Below are positions 7,109 through 14,511 of a stretch of 39,727 bases of DNA, piece after piece (the first letter of the stretch is position 1; every line of letters begins with the position of its first letter). The notes under the pieces were generated by a model. That model did not search any database. It worked only from the letters and a program-made list of their open reading frames with translations, and was not told where the DNA came from. Source of the DNA: a virus; IMG/VR virus record IMGVR_UViG_3300045988_129909, positions 1 through 39,727 of that record, one strand, 5' to 3'. Made by a program: the position numbers and the translations under genes.

Positions 7109-7885
7109 TCAATCCTCCTTATTCAGCATTTGTTCAAACAAATCAATGTCATACGAGGCAAAATCAGATTTTTCAGTATGTACTGAGCGGTCATAATTCC
7201 CGTCAAGTACCTTTGCAAAATTGCTGTCTTTTATGAGCCAATCAAAATTTGCTCGCCAACTGTGATTGTTATTTCCCTTTAAAAAATTGCTCGTTTCAGC
7301 TTTAGTAAAAACAGTTCGTATTTGCTCAATATCATATTTGTTTACGAGTGATTTTATGGCGGTTTTTCTCGCATTTGATACAGTTTTCACTTTTGGCAAT
7401 GATACGCAAATTTCGTTGTATAAGCCAATAATATCGGCAATAATGTTTTCTTTTTTATCTTTTTCTTTATTATATTTAATATTTAATTTATTAGTATTTT
7501 TATTATTAGTATTTAGTTGACCTTGATTTTCTAAAGGTAGAAATTCAAGCGGTTGATTTTCTACCCCTTGTTTTTCACCCTCTTGTTTTGGAAATTCAAA
7601 TATATCATATATGTACTCAATTCTTCCTGATTTACTTTCATTTGGCATTATTTTATTTATTTTTAAATAACCAAACTCTTTTAATTCTTTGAGTGTAGAT
7701 TTTATAGCGCTTTCGTTTTCTTTGCATAGTGTTACAAGTCCTATTACAGAATACCCCCAATCATCAGGCAAAGATAACATAAGAGATAAAAGCCCTTTTG
7801 CCTTTAAACTCATATCTTTTTCTTTAAGGTGAATATTGCTCATCACAGTATAATCTTTTGTTTTATTTACTCTTATTACTGCCAT
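7109..7885 (-). CDS. Phage replisome organiser / replication initiation protein (N-terminal wHTH plus phage conserved C-terminal domain)
   Basis: AAGGAG lies 6 nt before the ATG at 7883-7885. The N-terminus is MAVIRVNKTKDYTVMSNIHLKEKDMSLKAKGLLSLMLSLPDDWGYS and the C-terminus contains WRANFDWLIKDSNFAKVLDGNY. The track start at 7975 has no RBS. Confidence 0.65.
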   Translation of the reverse strand: MAVIRVNKTKDYTVMSNIHLKEKDMSLKAKGLLSLMLSLPDDWGYSVIGLVTLCKENESAIKSTLKELKEFGYLKINKIMPNESKSGRIEYIYDIFEFPKQEGEKQGVENQPLEFLPLENQGQLNTNNKNTNKLNIKYNKEKDKKENIIADIIGLYNEICVSLPKVKTVSNARKTAIKSLVNKYDIEQIRTVFTKAETSNFLKGNNNHSWRANFDWLIKDSNFAKVLDGNYDRSVHTEKSDFASYDIDLFEQMLNKED

Positions 7886-8020
7886 ATTAACTCCTTGTAA
7901 ACAAAAACCGCATATGCCAAGCGGTTGCAGACACTTAACATACACGGAAATGCGGTTACTATTCGGTTTTGCCATTACTATTTACTGCAACCTAAATAGC
8001 AACCTTTTGTTGATACAATA

Positions 8021-8049
8021 ATTATATCACATATAAGCTGTATAGTCAA
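8021..8049 (-). promoter_or_regulatory. Sigma70-type promoter upstream of the replication gene
   Basis: The minus strand reads TTGACT (8044-8049), a 17-nt spacer, then TGaTATAAT (8021-8026, extended -10). A downstream hairpin AACCGC-N9-GCGGTT followed by a T-run precedes the RBS. Confidence 0.55.
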
Positions 8050-8273
8050 CGGTATTTTCTCTGTCGCAAATGAGATTTACGGCATTGTTCAGAAAATTGT
8101 ACTTGCGTAGATGTCAAATCACGCCTAACTTTTTCGGCAGCTTGTATTTCATCAAGCCGTTGTTCGTGAACAAAGCGCCATTGTTTATATTTTTCGCATT
8201 TGCCGTGACAGCCCATTGCCCTATCGGCGCAATCTTTACACGGCGGATTGTCATATATAAGAATTTTAAACAC
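8046..8273 (-). CDS. Hypothetical Cys-rich protein
   Basis: 75-aa frame with a GTG start. It contains CKDCADRAMGCHGKCEKY. Confidence 0.5.
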   Translation of the reverse strand: MFKILIYDNPPCKDCADRAMGCHGKCEKYKQWRFVHEQRLDEIQAAEKVRRDLTSTQVQFSEQCRKSHLRQRKYR

Positions 8274-8386
8274 CTCGCAAACGGCTTTTAATTTGCCCTG
8301 TAAGCGATTTTTAGCCTAACGCAAGTATTTTATTGCCTAAAGAATAAAAACCGCCACAGAGCCTAAAAGAATGAATATTTTTTATA

Positions 8387-8800
8387 TTAGAACGGTAAAT
8401 CGTCCGAACTGTCAATTGAATTGTCAAACCCCAAATCGTTAAGTTTGTCAGCTAAATTATTAATCGGGTCAGCCTGAACATCAAGATTAGCTGATTTTTT
8501 GCTTTCGGCAAAATAGAAGTTATTGACATTAACCTCATATGCCGTGCGGTTGTTGCCGTCTTTGTCTTGATACTTTCGGGTATACAATGAGCCGTCTACG
8601 GCAATAAGCTGACCTTTTTTAACATACTTGCTCATTACCTCTGCGCCTTTATCCCAAATCGTACAAGGTATAAAATCGGTTGTATCTTTGCTATACTTAC
8701 GGTCAACCGCAAGCGTGAAAGAGCATACAGACTTTCCGCTTGTTGTGGTTTTAAGCTCTAAATCACTGGTTGTACGCCCTAACAACTGAATGTTATTCAT
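8387..8800 (-). CDS. ssb: Single-stranded DNA-binding protein
   Basis: The OB-fold N-terminus MNNIQLLGRTTSDLELKTTTSGKSVCSFTLAV and the acidic C-terminal tip DSSDDLPF are both typical of SSB. Confidence 0.85.
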   Translation of the reverse strand: MNNIQLLGRTTSDLELKTTTSGKSVCSFTLAVDRKYSKDTTDFIPCTIWDKGAEVMSKYVKKGQLIAVDGSLYTRKYQDKDGNNRTAYEVNVNNFYFAESKKSANLDVQADPINNLADKLNDLGFDNSIDSSDDLPF

Positions 8801-8813
8801 AATTTATCTCTCC

Positions 8814-9314
8814 TTATACACTTTCATGTAATATATATTGATTTAATACTGCCTTGCAAATAGACCATATCATAAGTCCCATTTCTTCCTTGGGCAAAAA
8901 GCAAATGTGCAACCCATACTTAATTTCAAAAGTATGCAAAGCACCGTAAAAAGATTTGGGGTTATAATTGTTCTGATATTTTTGAGTTATAATATCGTGC
9001 CAACCACCGATTTGCTCGATTAAAAGGAATTTATGCGCTTTGTTTTGGGCTCGTTTTAACTCATAATGAAAAGTTTCATTTTGAATATTTGTAGCAATCT
9101 CGCTAAGATTTGATTTCCTTTCTATCGCGAGTTCATCGGTAAAATAATAGTCAGTTGGAAAACCGAGTTCTTCATTCTTTGGTATCATAAAACAATAATC
9201 GCCCTCTCTTAATTTACGGTGCTGATAATTTATTTTATGTTTTTCAAAATACGATATTATATGCTCGTTCTTTTTTTCAACAGTATCACACACTATTGTC
9301 ATACTTTTTAACAA
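8814..9314 (-). CDS. ERCC4 (XPF/Mus81/Hef-type) nuclease domain protein
   Basis: IVCDTVEKK...REGDYCF...LAIERKSNLSEI matches the GDY...ERKxxxD/E signature. The start (TTG at 9314 or ATG at 9302) is uncertain. Confidence 0.6.
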   Translation of the reverse strand: MLKSMTIVCDTVEKKNEHIISYFEKHKINYQHRKLREGDYCFMIPKNEELGFPTDYYFTDELAIERKSNLSEIATNIQNETFHYELKRAQNKAHKFLLIEQIGGWHDIITQKYQNNYNPKSFYGALHTFEIKYGLHICFLPKEEMGLMIWSICKAVLNQYILHESV

Positions 9315-9367
9315 GGTTTCCCATTGTTTTTTTGTATAATAAGGCTTTATAATTTATAACCCCTTTC

Positions 9368-9396
9368 TTTATAATACTTTTTAATGAACTTGTCAA
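9368..9396 (-). promoter_or_regulatory. Sigma70-type promoter internal to the early operon
   Basis: The minus strand reads TTGACA (9391-9396), a 17-nt spacer, then TATAAA (9368-9373). Confidence 0.45.
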
Positions 9397-9399
9397 GGT

Positions 9400-9726
9400 T
9401 TATATAAAGTCGCTATCGTCACTGTCAAGGTCACTGGTTAATCCCTCAAAGTCAGCTGTCGGGCTTGCCCCTGTATTCCTCAATAAAGCCGATACAGATA
9501 AATTATCATAGTATTTATCTCCAACTTTATTAGTCTTAGCAAAGACTGACTTTATCTCAAGTATTTCTACCATATCCCCGACTTTACACTTAAAATCGTG
9601 ATTTTCAGCCCATATGGTAATCTTTTTATTTCCCTCAGCTTTGAAAAAACACCAGTCGCCTTTTTGACCTGTACCCGACCGCGTATCAGCCACGGTCAAC
9701 ACTGCGCCCTTTTCTATTTTTGCCAT
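9400..9726 (-). CDS. Hypothetical protein, possible OB-fold ssDNA-binding accessory with an SSB-like acidic tail
   Basis: 108 aa. The C-terminus LTSDLDSDDSDFI mimics the SSB C-terminal tip, and the gene lies immediately downstream of RecT. Confidence 0.35.
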   Translation of the reverse strand: MAKIEKGAVLTVADTRSGTGQKGDWCFFKAEGNKKITIWAENHDFKCKVGDMVEILEIKSVFAKTNKVGDKYYDNLSVSALLRNTGASPTADFEGLTSDLDSDDSDFI

Positions 9727-9729
9727 ATA

Positions 9730-10407
9730 TTATTGCTCCTTATTTAATTCGATTGTAACTGTTTGCGGGGTATCGGCTTGATTTGAATAATCAGTATAGC
9801 CGTAAACATCTTGTATTTCATCTTGTGTTTGATAGCCGTACAAAACTTCGGGGCAATATGCTCTTGCAAAAAAACTGGCGGTTCTATACCTCATCATCTG
9901 CTGGGGATAAACTTGCCATTTTGAGCCTTTTTTATCATACCACCCCTCTTTTTTAGCAAGGTCTATTGATATGACTTCGGAAGTTAAAACTTCGTTATCG
10001 GATAGCCTTGTAGCTTGTGCATAACAAGCTGTTTTTTCTTTGTTAAACACAAACTTTAAAGGTGTGAATTTATGACAATTATTTATCGCCATAATAGCAT
10101 ACTGACCCGACCAACCAATTTGACCGTTTACCGAATACATATTGTTGAGTATCATTGCCAAAGGCTGATTTGAGCGAATGGCAATATCCATAGCTACAAG
10201 TATATCTCCTGCTCTGCCCTTAAATCGTTCGGGTATGCTATTACCCTGTGCTAAATTGTTTGCAAGTTTAAATTGGAATTTCATTTGTGACGTATCATTC
10301 CAAGCCAAACCACAACTATCGGTTGTTGGCATACCAAGATTTGAATTATCAGAGGTATTTTCTTCGGTAATTTCCGAATTTTCGGTTATTGTTTCATTTT
10401 CAGCCAT
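9730..10407 (-). CDS. recT: RecT-family single-strand annealing protein
   Basis: 225 aa. Called from the pattern IPERFKG...DILVAMDIAIRSNQPLAMILNNMYSVNGQIGWSG...W...PQQMMRYRTASFFARAYCPEVLYG and the context of exonuclease and SSB. Confidence 0.6.
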   Translation of the reverse strand: MAENETITENSEITEENTSDNSNLGMPTTDSCGLAWNDTSQMKFQFKLANNLAQGNSIPERFKGRAGDILVAMDIAIRSNQPLAMILNNMYSVNGQIGWSGQYAIMAINNCHKFTPLKFVFNKEKTACYAQATRLSDNEVLTSEVISIDLAKKEGWYDKKGSKWQVYPQQMMRYRTASFFARAYCPEVLYGYQTQDEIQDVYGYTDYSNQADTPQTVTIELNKEQ

Positions 10408-11126
10408 TATTTACTCTCCTTTATGGTATTTTCTAATTGTTTAATAATATCTCCACCATAGGCATTTCGGGTTATGTCGATAAATTCTTGAACTGTAAAC
10501 ATATCGTGTTCAAGGTCATAGCCACCATTTTTGACAAATGAATTTCTGCCCATTTCGCACGAGCCAGTCAGTCGATTATGCCAAACATAAAAGTCTTTTG
10601 CGGGATATTTTTTGTTGAGGTCTGAAAATTCTTTTAGAAATAACTCAATAGCCTCATCAGTGTCCATATCCTCAAAAATTTTGTTTTGCAAATCCTCAAG
10701 CGCTTTTTCCAAAGTCTCGCCGTGTGCAAATTTATTATGACCTTTAACTATATAACAGGGCGATAAACTTAAATCACTATTTAATATAAATCCTTTAGCA
10801 ACATTGCCTTTAATATGTTTAATTACGGTAGGTATACTATCAATTTGATAAACAATATCACCATTTATTGACTTTATGCCGTAGCCGGAGCCGTCGCCGG
10901 AGCCGTAGCCGGAGCCGTAGCCGAAGCCGGAGCCGGAGCCGTAGCCGTAGCCGTAGCCGTAGCCGTCGCCGTCGCCGGAGCCGTCGCCGGAGCCGTCGCC
11001 GGAGCCGTAGCCGGAGCCGGAGTCGGAGCCGTCGCCGGAGCCGTCGCCGGAGCCGTAGCCGGAGCCGTAGCCGTAGCCGTAGCCGTTGTTGACAGACAAA
11101 AATTCTTTTATTTTTACCTCTTCCAT
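10407..11126 (-). CDS. Protein with an N-terminal G-(Y/S/D) dipeptide repeat tract and a conserved-looking C-terminal domain (WHNRLTGSCEMGR motif)
   Basis: 239 aa. The region from about residue 15 to 85 is GYGYGSGYGSGDGSGDG.... The C-terminus contains KFAHGETLEKA...YVWHNRLTGSCEMGRNSF. Confidence 0.7.
   Translation of the reverse strand: MEEVKIKEFLSVNNGYGYGYGSGYGSGDGSGDGSDSGSGYGSGDGSGDGSGDGDGYGYGYGYGSGSGFGYGSGYGSGDGSGYGIKSINGDIVYQIDSIPTVIKHIKGNVAKGFILNSDLSLSPCYIVKGHNKFAHGETLEKALEDLQNKIFEDMDTDEAIELFLKEFSDLNKKYPAKDFYVWHNRLTGSCEMGRNSFVKNGGYDLEHDMFTVQEFIDITRNAYGGDIIKQLENTIKESK
10868..11092. repeat. Hexanucleotide-periodic tandem repeat (GCCGTA/GCCGGA/GCCGTC units)
   Basis: About 37 consecutive 6-nt units read directly from the sequence. 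They create long artefactual ORFs in several frames (RLRL, SRSR). Confidence 0.9.
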
Positions 11127-11401
11127 TCTTCAACACCTTCAATAGATTTAATCGCGGCTTTACTGCAAGGTATAATTTCTATAACACCTAATATTACAAT
11201 TTCGGGAACAACAACAGTAAACTTGCAAGATGAAGCGGCGTGTGTACCGTCAACTGCTAATTGTGATAAACTCGCAGCGCCGTCCCAATACCATAAACGG
11301 CGACAATTAGTTAATGTAACCTCTGAACCGCTTTTCTCTTTTAGTGTCCCAAAAAACACCCCAGCTCTGTCTGCTCTTATAATTACTTTTTTACCAATCA
11401 T
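11114..11401 (-). CDS. Hypothetical protein
   Basis: 95-aa ORF, tightly packed within the operon. Confidence 0.6.
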   Translation of the reverse strand: MIGKKVIIRADRAGVFFGTLKEKSGSEVTLTNCRRLWYWDGAASLSQLAVDGTHAASSCKFTVVVPEIVILGVIEIIPCSKAAIKSIEGVEEWKR

Positions 11402-11415
11402 TTCAAAGTCTCCTT

Positions 11416-12147
11416 TTATTTGTTTTTAATTTTTAATTTTTTAGCAAATGCCTTGTGCAAAGTTAAGCAAGCGCCAAACAATGACCTGTTGTCCTCATAT
11501 GGTGTCAGCTTATATTTGCCGTCTTTTTTAAGGTGAAGAATACCCAAAAAGTCCGCACAACTTGACAGAGCCGAGCATAACAAATTTGAATATGCAGGTA
11601 GTTGTATCTGTGCAAGCTGTTTTTTCACTGTACTGCTTGTTTTCAAATCTATTATTGCATACTTGCCAATACAATTTGAAATATCCATTTTGCAATGCTT
11701 TTTGACAGCTTTTGCAAAGTCCTCATCAATCACATACACTCTGTCAAGAGTTCCCGCATATCCAATTTCTTCATCGGCAAGCGGTTTTTCAATATAGGTA
11801 TATTCCTTGATATTAAAGTCTTTGCGGAATTTTACATAGGCATTAAGATATTCCACATATTCGGGTGAAATTTCACATTTGCCAGTTTTGTCTAATTCTT
11901 CTGTTGCCTTATGTACTGCCGTGCCACGCTCACAAGCCTTGTCAAGCACATATTTGGATATGTCATTGCCGTACACTTCACGGCTTGCAAACCTTGATAT
12001 TTCGGAAACAGAGGGCAACTCAATACCGTCAAGTTCGTACCTATGACCCTCGTCAAAGAATTTTAAATTTTTCAAGGTCAGTTTTCCCCCATTCGTCTGC
12101 AAGGTCTTCTTTGTGCATATCAATATATTTTGCTTTCTGCTCTGCAA
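11416..12147 (-). CDS. PD-(D/E)XK family exonuclease (RecB/Cas4/YqaJ-like), partner of RecT
   Basis: HRYELDG...PSVSEI, GTAVHKATEE, GTLDRVYVI and IIDLKTSS give the D...D-x-K arrangement. The true start is probably downstream of 12147, for example the TTG after GGGGA. Confidence 0.6.
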   Translation of the reverse strand: MQSRKQNILICTKKTLQTNGGKLTLKNLKFFDEGHRYELDGIELPSVSEISRFASREVYGNDISKYVLDKACERGTAVHKATEELDKTGKCEISPEYVEYLNAYVKFRKDFNIKEYTYIEKPLADEEIGYAGTLDRVYVIDEDFAKAVKKHCKMDISNCIGKYAIIDLKTSSTVKKQLAQIQLPAYSNLLCSALSSCADFLGILHLKKDGKYKLTPYEDNRSLFGACLTLHKAFAKKLKIKNK

Positions 12148-12532
12148 TCATTTTTGGATTTTCAATTTCGATAAACTTTAAAACCAATTTTAACAGAGAA
12201 TTGATTTTGTCAACATTGCTAAATACTGACAAGGCAAACTCATTTATATTGCCTTTTGTAGTTATTTTTTGTGCAAAATCGAACAAATCATCAGTGCTGT
12301 CAAAATTATATGCTATGCACTCGTCGCACAAGCCGTTAGTCAGTTCGTCCTCGGTAAAATATTCCTCACACTCATTGCAAGGGAACGCTTCCTCAAACTC
12401 ATCAATCCCACAATAAGGGCAAATGCCTATTGAATATGCCGCTTGACTTTCCCCATACGGTACAAATTGTTCGCTTGTTTCGGGCTTTTCAAATGTTCGA
12501 CCGCAATTTTTGCATTTATACATTAGGTTCAC
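12053..12532 (-). CDS. Hypothetical multi-zinc-ribbon protein
   Basis: 159 aa with CKNCG, CPYCG, CNEC and CDEC pairs. Confidence 0.6.
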   Translation of the reverse strand: MNLMYKCKNCGRTFEKPETSEQFVPYGESQAAYSIGICPYCGIDEFEEAFPCNECEEYFTEDELTNGLCDECIAYNFDSTDDLFDFAQKITTKGNINEFALSVFSNVDKINSLLKLVLKFIEIENPKMIAEQKAKYIDMHKEDLADEWGKTDLEKFKIL

Positions 12533-12740
12533 TCGCTCTCTGCAAGCGTTTTAATTCAGCGATATAATCAACAGGGAATAAAAGCCTGATTTGTTTACAA
12601 TCGGGCGAAAACATTATTTCTTGTTTGTCATAAGAAAGTGAATTATCTCCATTAAATAAAGTTCTCTTTACTAAGTTTAATTGCATTTCCTCTTTCAATA
12701 ATTCATTATATCTGACAATATCAATTGCAAAATCTCCCAT
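12516..12740 (-). CDS. Hypothetical protein
   Basis: 74-aa ORF within the operon. Confidence 0.55.
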   Translation of the reverse strand: MGDFAIDIVRYNELLKEEMQLNLVKRTLFNGDNSLSYDKQEIMFSPDCKQIRLLFPVDYIAELKRLQRASEPNV

Positions 12741-12944
12741 TTATTTCTCCCTCTTTCCTTTCGGTACAGCCGGCACCTTATAAGTCAGTTTGTAAATTTC
12801 CTGTTGCAATTTAATGTTTTCACTTTGAAGTTTTTGATAGCGCGCTTTAATTGAACAATATGCGTAATGCCATTTATGCACTAACACATAAGCTATACAT
12901 ACAGCTATTACTGCTAATATTGTTACTATTATAGCCCAAATCAT
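12741..12944 (-). CDS. Hypothetical membrane-anchored coiled-coil protein
   Basis: 67 aa, with N-terminal TM segment MIWAIIVTILAVIAVCIAYVLV. Confidence 0.55.
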   Translation of the reverse strand: MIWAIIVTILAVIAVCIAYVLVHKWHYAYCSIKARYQKLQSENIKLQQEIYKLTYKVPAVPKGKREK

Positions 12945-13109
12945 TTAACCACCCACCTTTCTAAGAATTATTTGTTTCCCCACGGTCTCTGCCGTAATCA
13001 GCACTGTATCGCCACCGTCAATGCCAAGGGCTTCCCTTATTTCTTTTGGCAAATTGACTGTGACATTAGTACCACTTTTCTGCACTTTTGCCGTTGCTTG
13101 CAATTTCAA
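12945..13109 (-). CDS. AbrB/MazE/SpoVT-type DNA-binding protein (54 aa), first gene of the early operon
   Basis: TTG start at 13107-13109, 6 nt after AAAGGGGG. The peptide KLQATAKVQKSGTNVTVNLPKEIREALGIDGGDTVLITAETVGKQIILRKVGG matches the swapped-hairpin AbrB-domain pattern. It is not in the ORF track because it is under 60 aa. Confidence 0.6.
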   Translation of the reverse strand: MKLQATAKVQKSGTNVTVNLPKEIREALGIDGGDTVLITAETVGKQIILRKVGG

Positions 13110-13139
13110 TTTTTGACCCCCTTTCTTGATTGCAAACTA

Positions 13140-13168
13140 ATTATATCACACTAAAAATAGTTTGTCAA
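13140..13168 (-). promoter_or_regulatory. Consensus sigma70 promoter of the early (leftward) operon
   Basis: The minus strand reads TTGACA (13163-13168), a 17-nt spacer, then TATAAT (13140-13145). The upstream 27-nt module is identical to 4634-4660. Confidence 0.7.
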
Positions 13169-13244
13169 GAATATTTTTAAATATTTTCAAATATTTTTTA
13201 GAAAAAGTTTTTTGAGAAAATTCGCACTTTTTTTATTTTTACTA

Positions 13245-13273
13245 TTGACTTTATCGATTATATAGGGTAAAAT
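13245..13273 (+). promoter_or_regulatory. Divergent rightward promoter
   Basis: The plus strand reads TTGACT (13245-13250), a 17-nt spacer, then TAAAAT (13268-13273). Confidence 0.45.
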
Positions 13274-13344
13274 AAGCATATCCAAAAGGGAAACGGTGTA
13301 TGCAGGGCATTGTTCCTGATATATTGTTTCTCTTAAAGAAGTAA

Positions 13345-13392
13345 GATTATATGTTTGTACCTGCATTACAATCATATGGTCTTTTTCTTTTT
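13345..13392 (+). terminator. Plus-strand intrinsic terminator closing a ~110-nt transcript
   Basis: GATTATATG (13345-13353) pairs with CATATGGTC (13373-13381) using two G-U pairs that work only on the plus strand. An inner TGTA/TACA stem is present, and TTTTTCTTTTT follows. Confidence 0.5.
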
Positions 13393-13771
13393 GCACATTT
13401 TGAGGTCAATGTAAAAACCTCTGCCGTCTCATCAACGGTATGTATCGGGTTAAAGCCGAGTTTATTATCGATTTCCGTTTAGAAAAACCGCCGTGTCCCA
13501 TTTGGGAGTAGGGTATGTTCTTGCGGGTGATACCACACTGTTTACAGCACGACCGAGGCAGATTAAGAACATAAACGAAAGTGACGATTGGCTCTGTAGG
13601 TATAGCCACTTTCCCTATCTATTTTGCATTTTTAATGCTTGTAGGTAGGGAAAACTTTGCTCTGATTTCACCATAGGTATAAACCACTAAACTTTAAGTT
13701 TCTACAACCTTTTTGCTAACCTCAGCAATATGGTTGCCGCAAAAATCGCAATATCAATAATTTGTTTTTAG

Positions 13772-13804
13772 AGACAAAAGAAAAAGCGCCCCGAAAATGG
13801 AGCG
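13772..13804 (-). terminator. Intrinsic terminator at the end of the late/post-lysis operon
   Basis: The minus strand reads CGCTCC-attttc-GGGGCG followed by CTTTTTCTTTT, 25 nt after the stop of 13828..14127. Confidence 0.6.
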
Positions 13805-13827
13805 ACTTTTTCAATGGTATTAGCTAT

Positions 13828-14127
13828 TTATCTATCGGTCATATATTTTATAATGGCTGATTTATTTGCATAATAGCGTTTGCACTTATCCCATTCGTCT
13901 AAATCTTCGTCCGAAAGAGGCATAATAGTGTTCAACTCGGAACAATATTGTTCAGTCCATTCATACCAATTCGCGGCGTGCTGCATTTCCTGCATTGCCA
14001 TTTCACGGAATTTTTGTGCTTTGGTGGCGTTGCCTTTCATTTTTTCGCCGATATAATCTTCGGCATACTCGACTGCGCCGTCTAATTCTTCCGCTATATG
14101 GTCAACCATTTTTCTAAATTTTTTCAT
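13828..14127 (-). CDS. Hypothetical helical protein (possible ExxH four-helix-bundle-like)
   Basis: 99 aa. AEELDGAVEYAEDY and REMAMQEMQHAANW resemble ferritin-like helix pairs. This is a tentative reading. Confidence 0.5.
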   Translation of the reverse strand: MKKFRKMVDHIAEELDGAVEYAEDYIGEKMKGNATKAQKFREMAMQEMQHAANWYEWTEQYCSELNTIMPLSDEDLDEWDKCKRYYANKSAIIKYMTDR

Positions 14128-14317
14128 TGCCTATCAACTCCAATATTTTATTGATTTTTTCGTCTTGCTGCTGCAAATGCTGATGAATTTCCTCGGCTAC
14201 TCTGTTGTTATCTTCTTGAATATCGCTTATGCCAAATAATTTGGATTGATTTTGCACTTGCATAATAAAAGATAAAACCGTTAATAAGTCGAGTAATTCA
14301 AATTCTGTGCTATTCAT
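14114..14317 (-). CDS. Hypothetical protein, possible paralog of 5910..6149
   Basis: 67 aa, TAG stop, overlaps both neighbouring genes. Confidence 0.55.
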   Translation of the reverse strand: MNSTEFELLDLLTVLSFIMQVQNQSKLFGISDIQEDNNRVAEEIHQHLQQQDEKINKILELIGNEKI

Positions 14318-14501
14318 TTGTTACCAACTTCTCTATGACATCTGTTTTTCCTTTTAGTTCGGAAAGTTCTTTTTCTATTTCCGAAATATTTGAACTTCCC
14401 AAGCCACCAAATGCCACCAATAAAAGTGTTAACACAATAGTGAAAGGCAAATCTGTGTCGGAATGATTTTCAATATTGGAACAAACTTTTTCTTTTTCCA
14501 T
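14310..14501 (-). CDS. Hypothetical single-TM protein
   Basis: The ATG at 14499-14501 follows GAGGTGA. TM segment LPFTIVLTLLLVAFGGLG, then a coiled coil. TAG stop. Confidence 0.55.
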   Translation of the reverse strand: MEKEKVCSNIENHSDTDLPFTIVLTLLLVAFGGLGSSNISEIEKELSELKGKTDVIEKLVTNE

Positions 14502-14511
14502 TTTAATCACC

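Noticed and set aside
10858-11142. Long ORFs encoding RLRLRL... (minus strand, 10858..11142) and SRSRSR... (plus strand, 10868..11092)
   Set aside because: They are frame artefacts of the hexanucleotide repeat. The G-(Y/S/D) frame is the one continuous with a proper RBS, a start and a globular C-terminal domain.
13425-13440. Hammerhead-like TGATGAG on the minus strand
   Set aside because: It is only the loop of a 4-5-bp hairpin. No GAAA or stem II/III arrangement or cleavage-site context is present nearby.
13423-13470. tRNA-like hairpins (GCCGT-CTCATCA-ACGGT with a CAT anticodon-like loop; TCGG-GTTAAAG-CCGA T-arm-like), examined as a possible suppressor or initiator tRNA
   Set aside because: No acceptor stem or D-arm can be built. 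Position 37 is a pyrimidine and the T-loop is non-canonical. No CUA-anticodon stem-loop was found in any intergenic region. tRNAscan-SE should still be run.
13187-13609. Track ORFs 13187..13396 and 13406..13609 (minus strand)
   Set aside because: The first overlaps the early promoter region and is antisense to a promoter/terminator pair. The second starts at a GTG with no spacing from a GGGAAA string and encodes a basic, irregular peptide. Neither fits the tight operon packing seen elsewhere.
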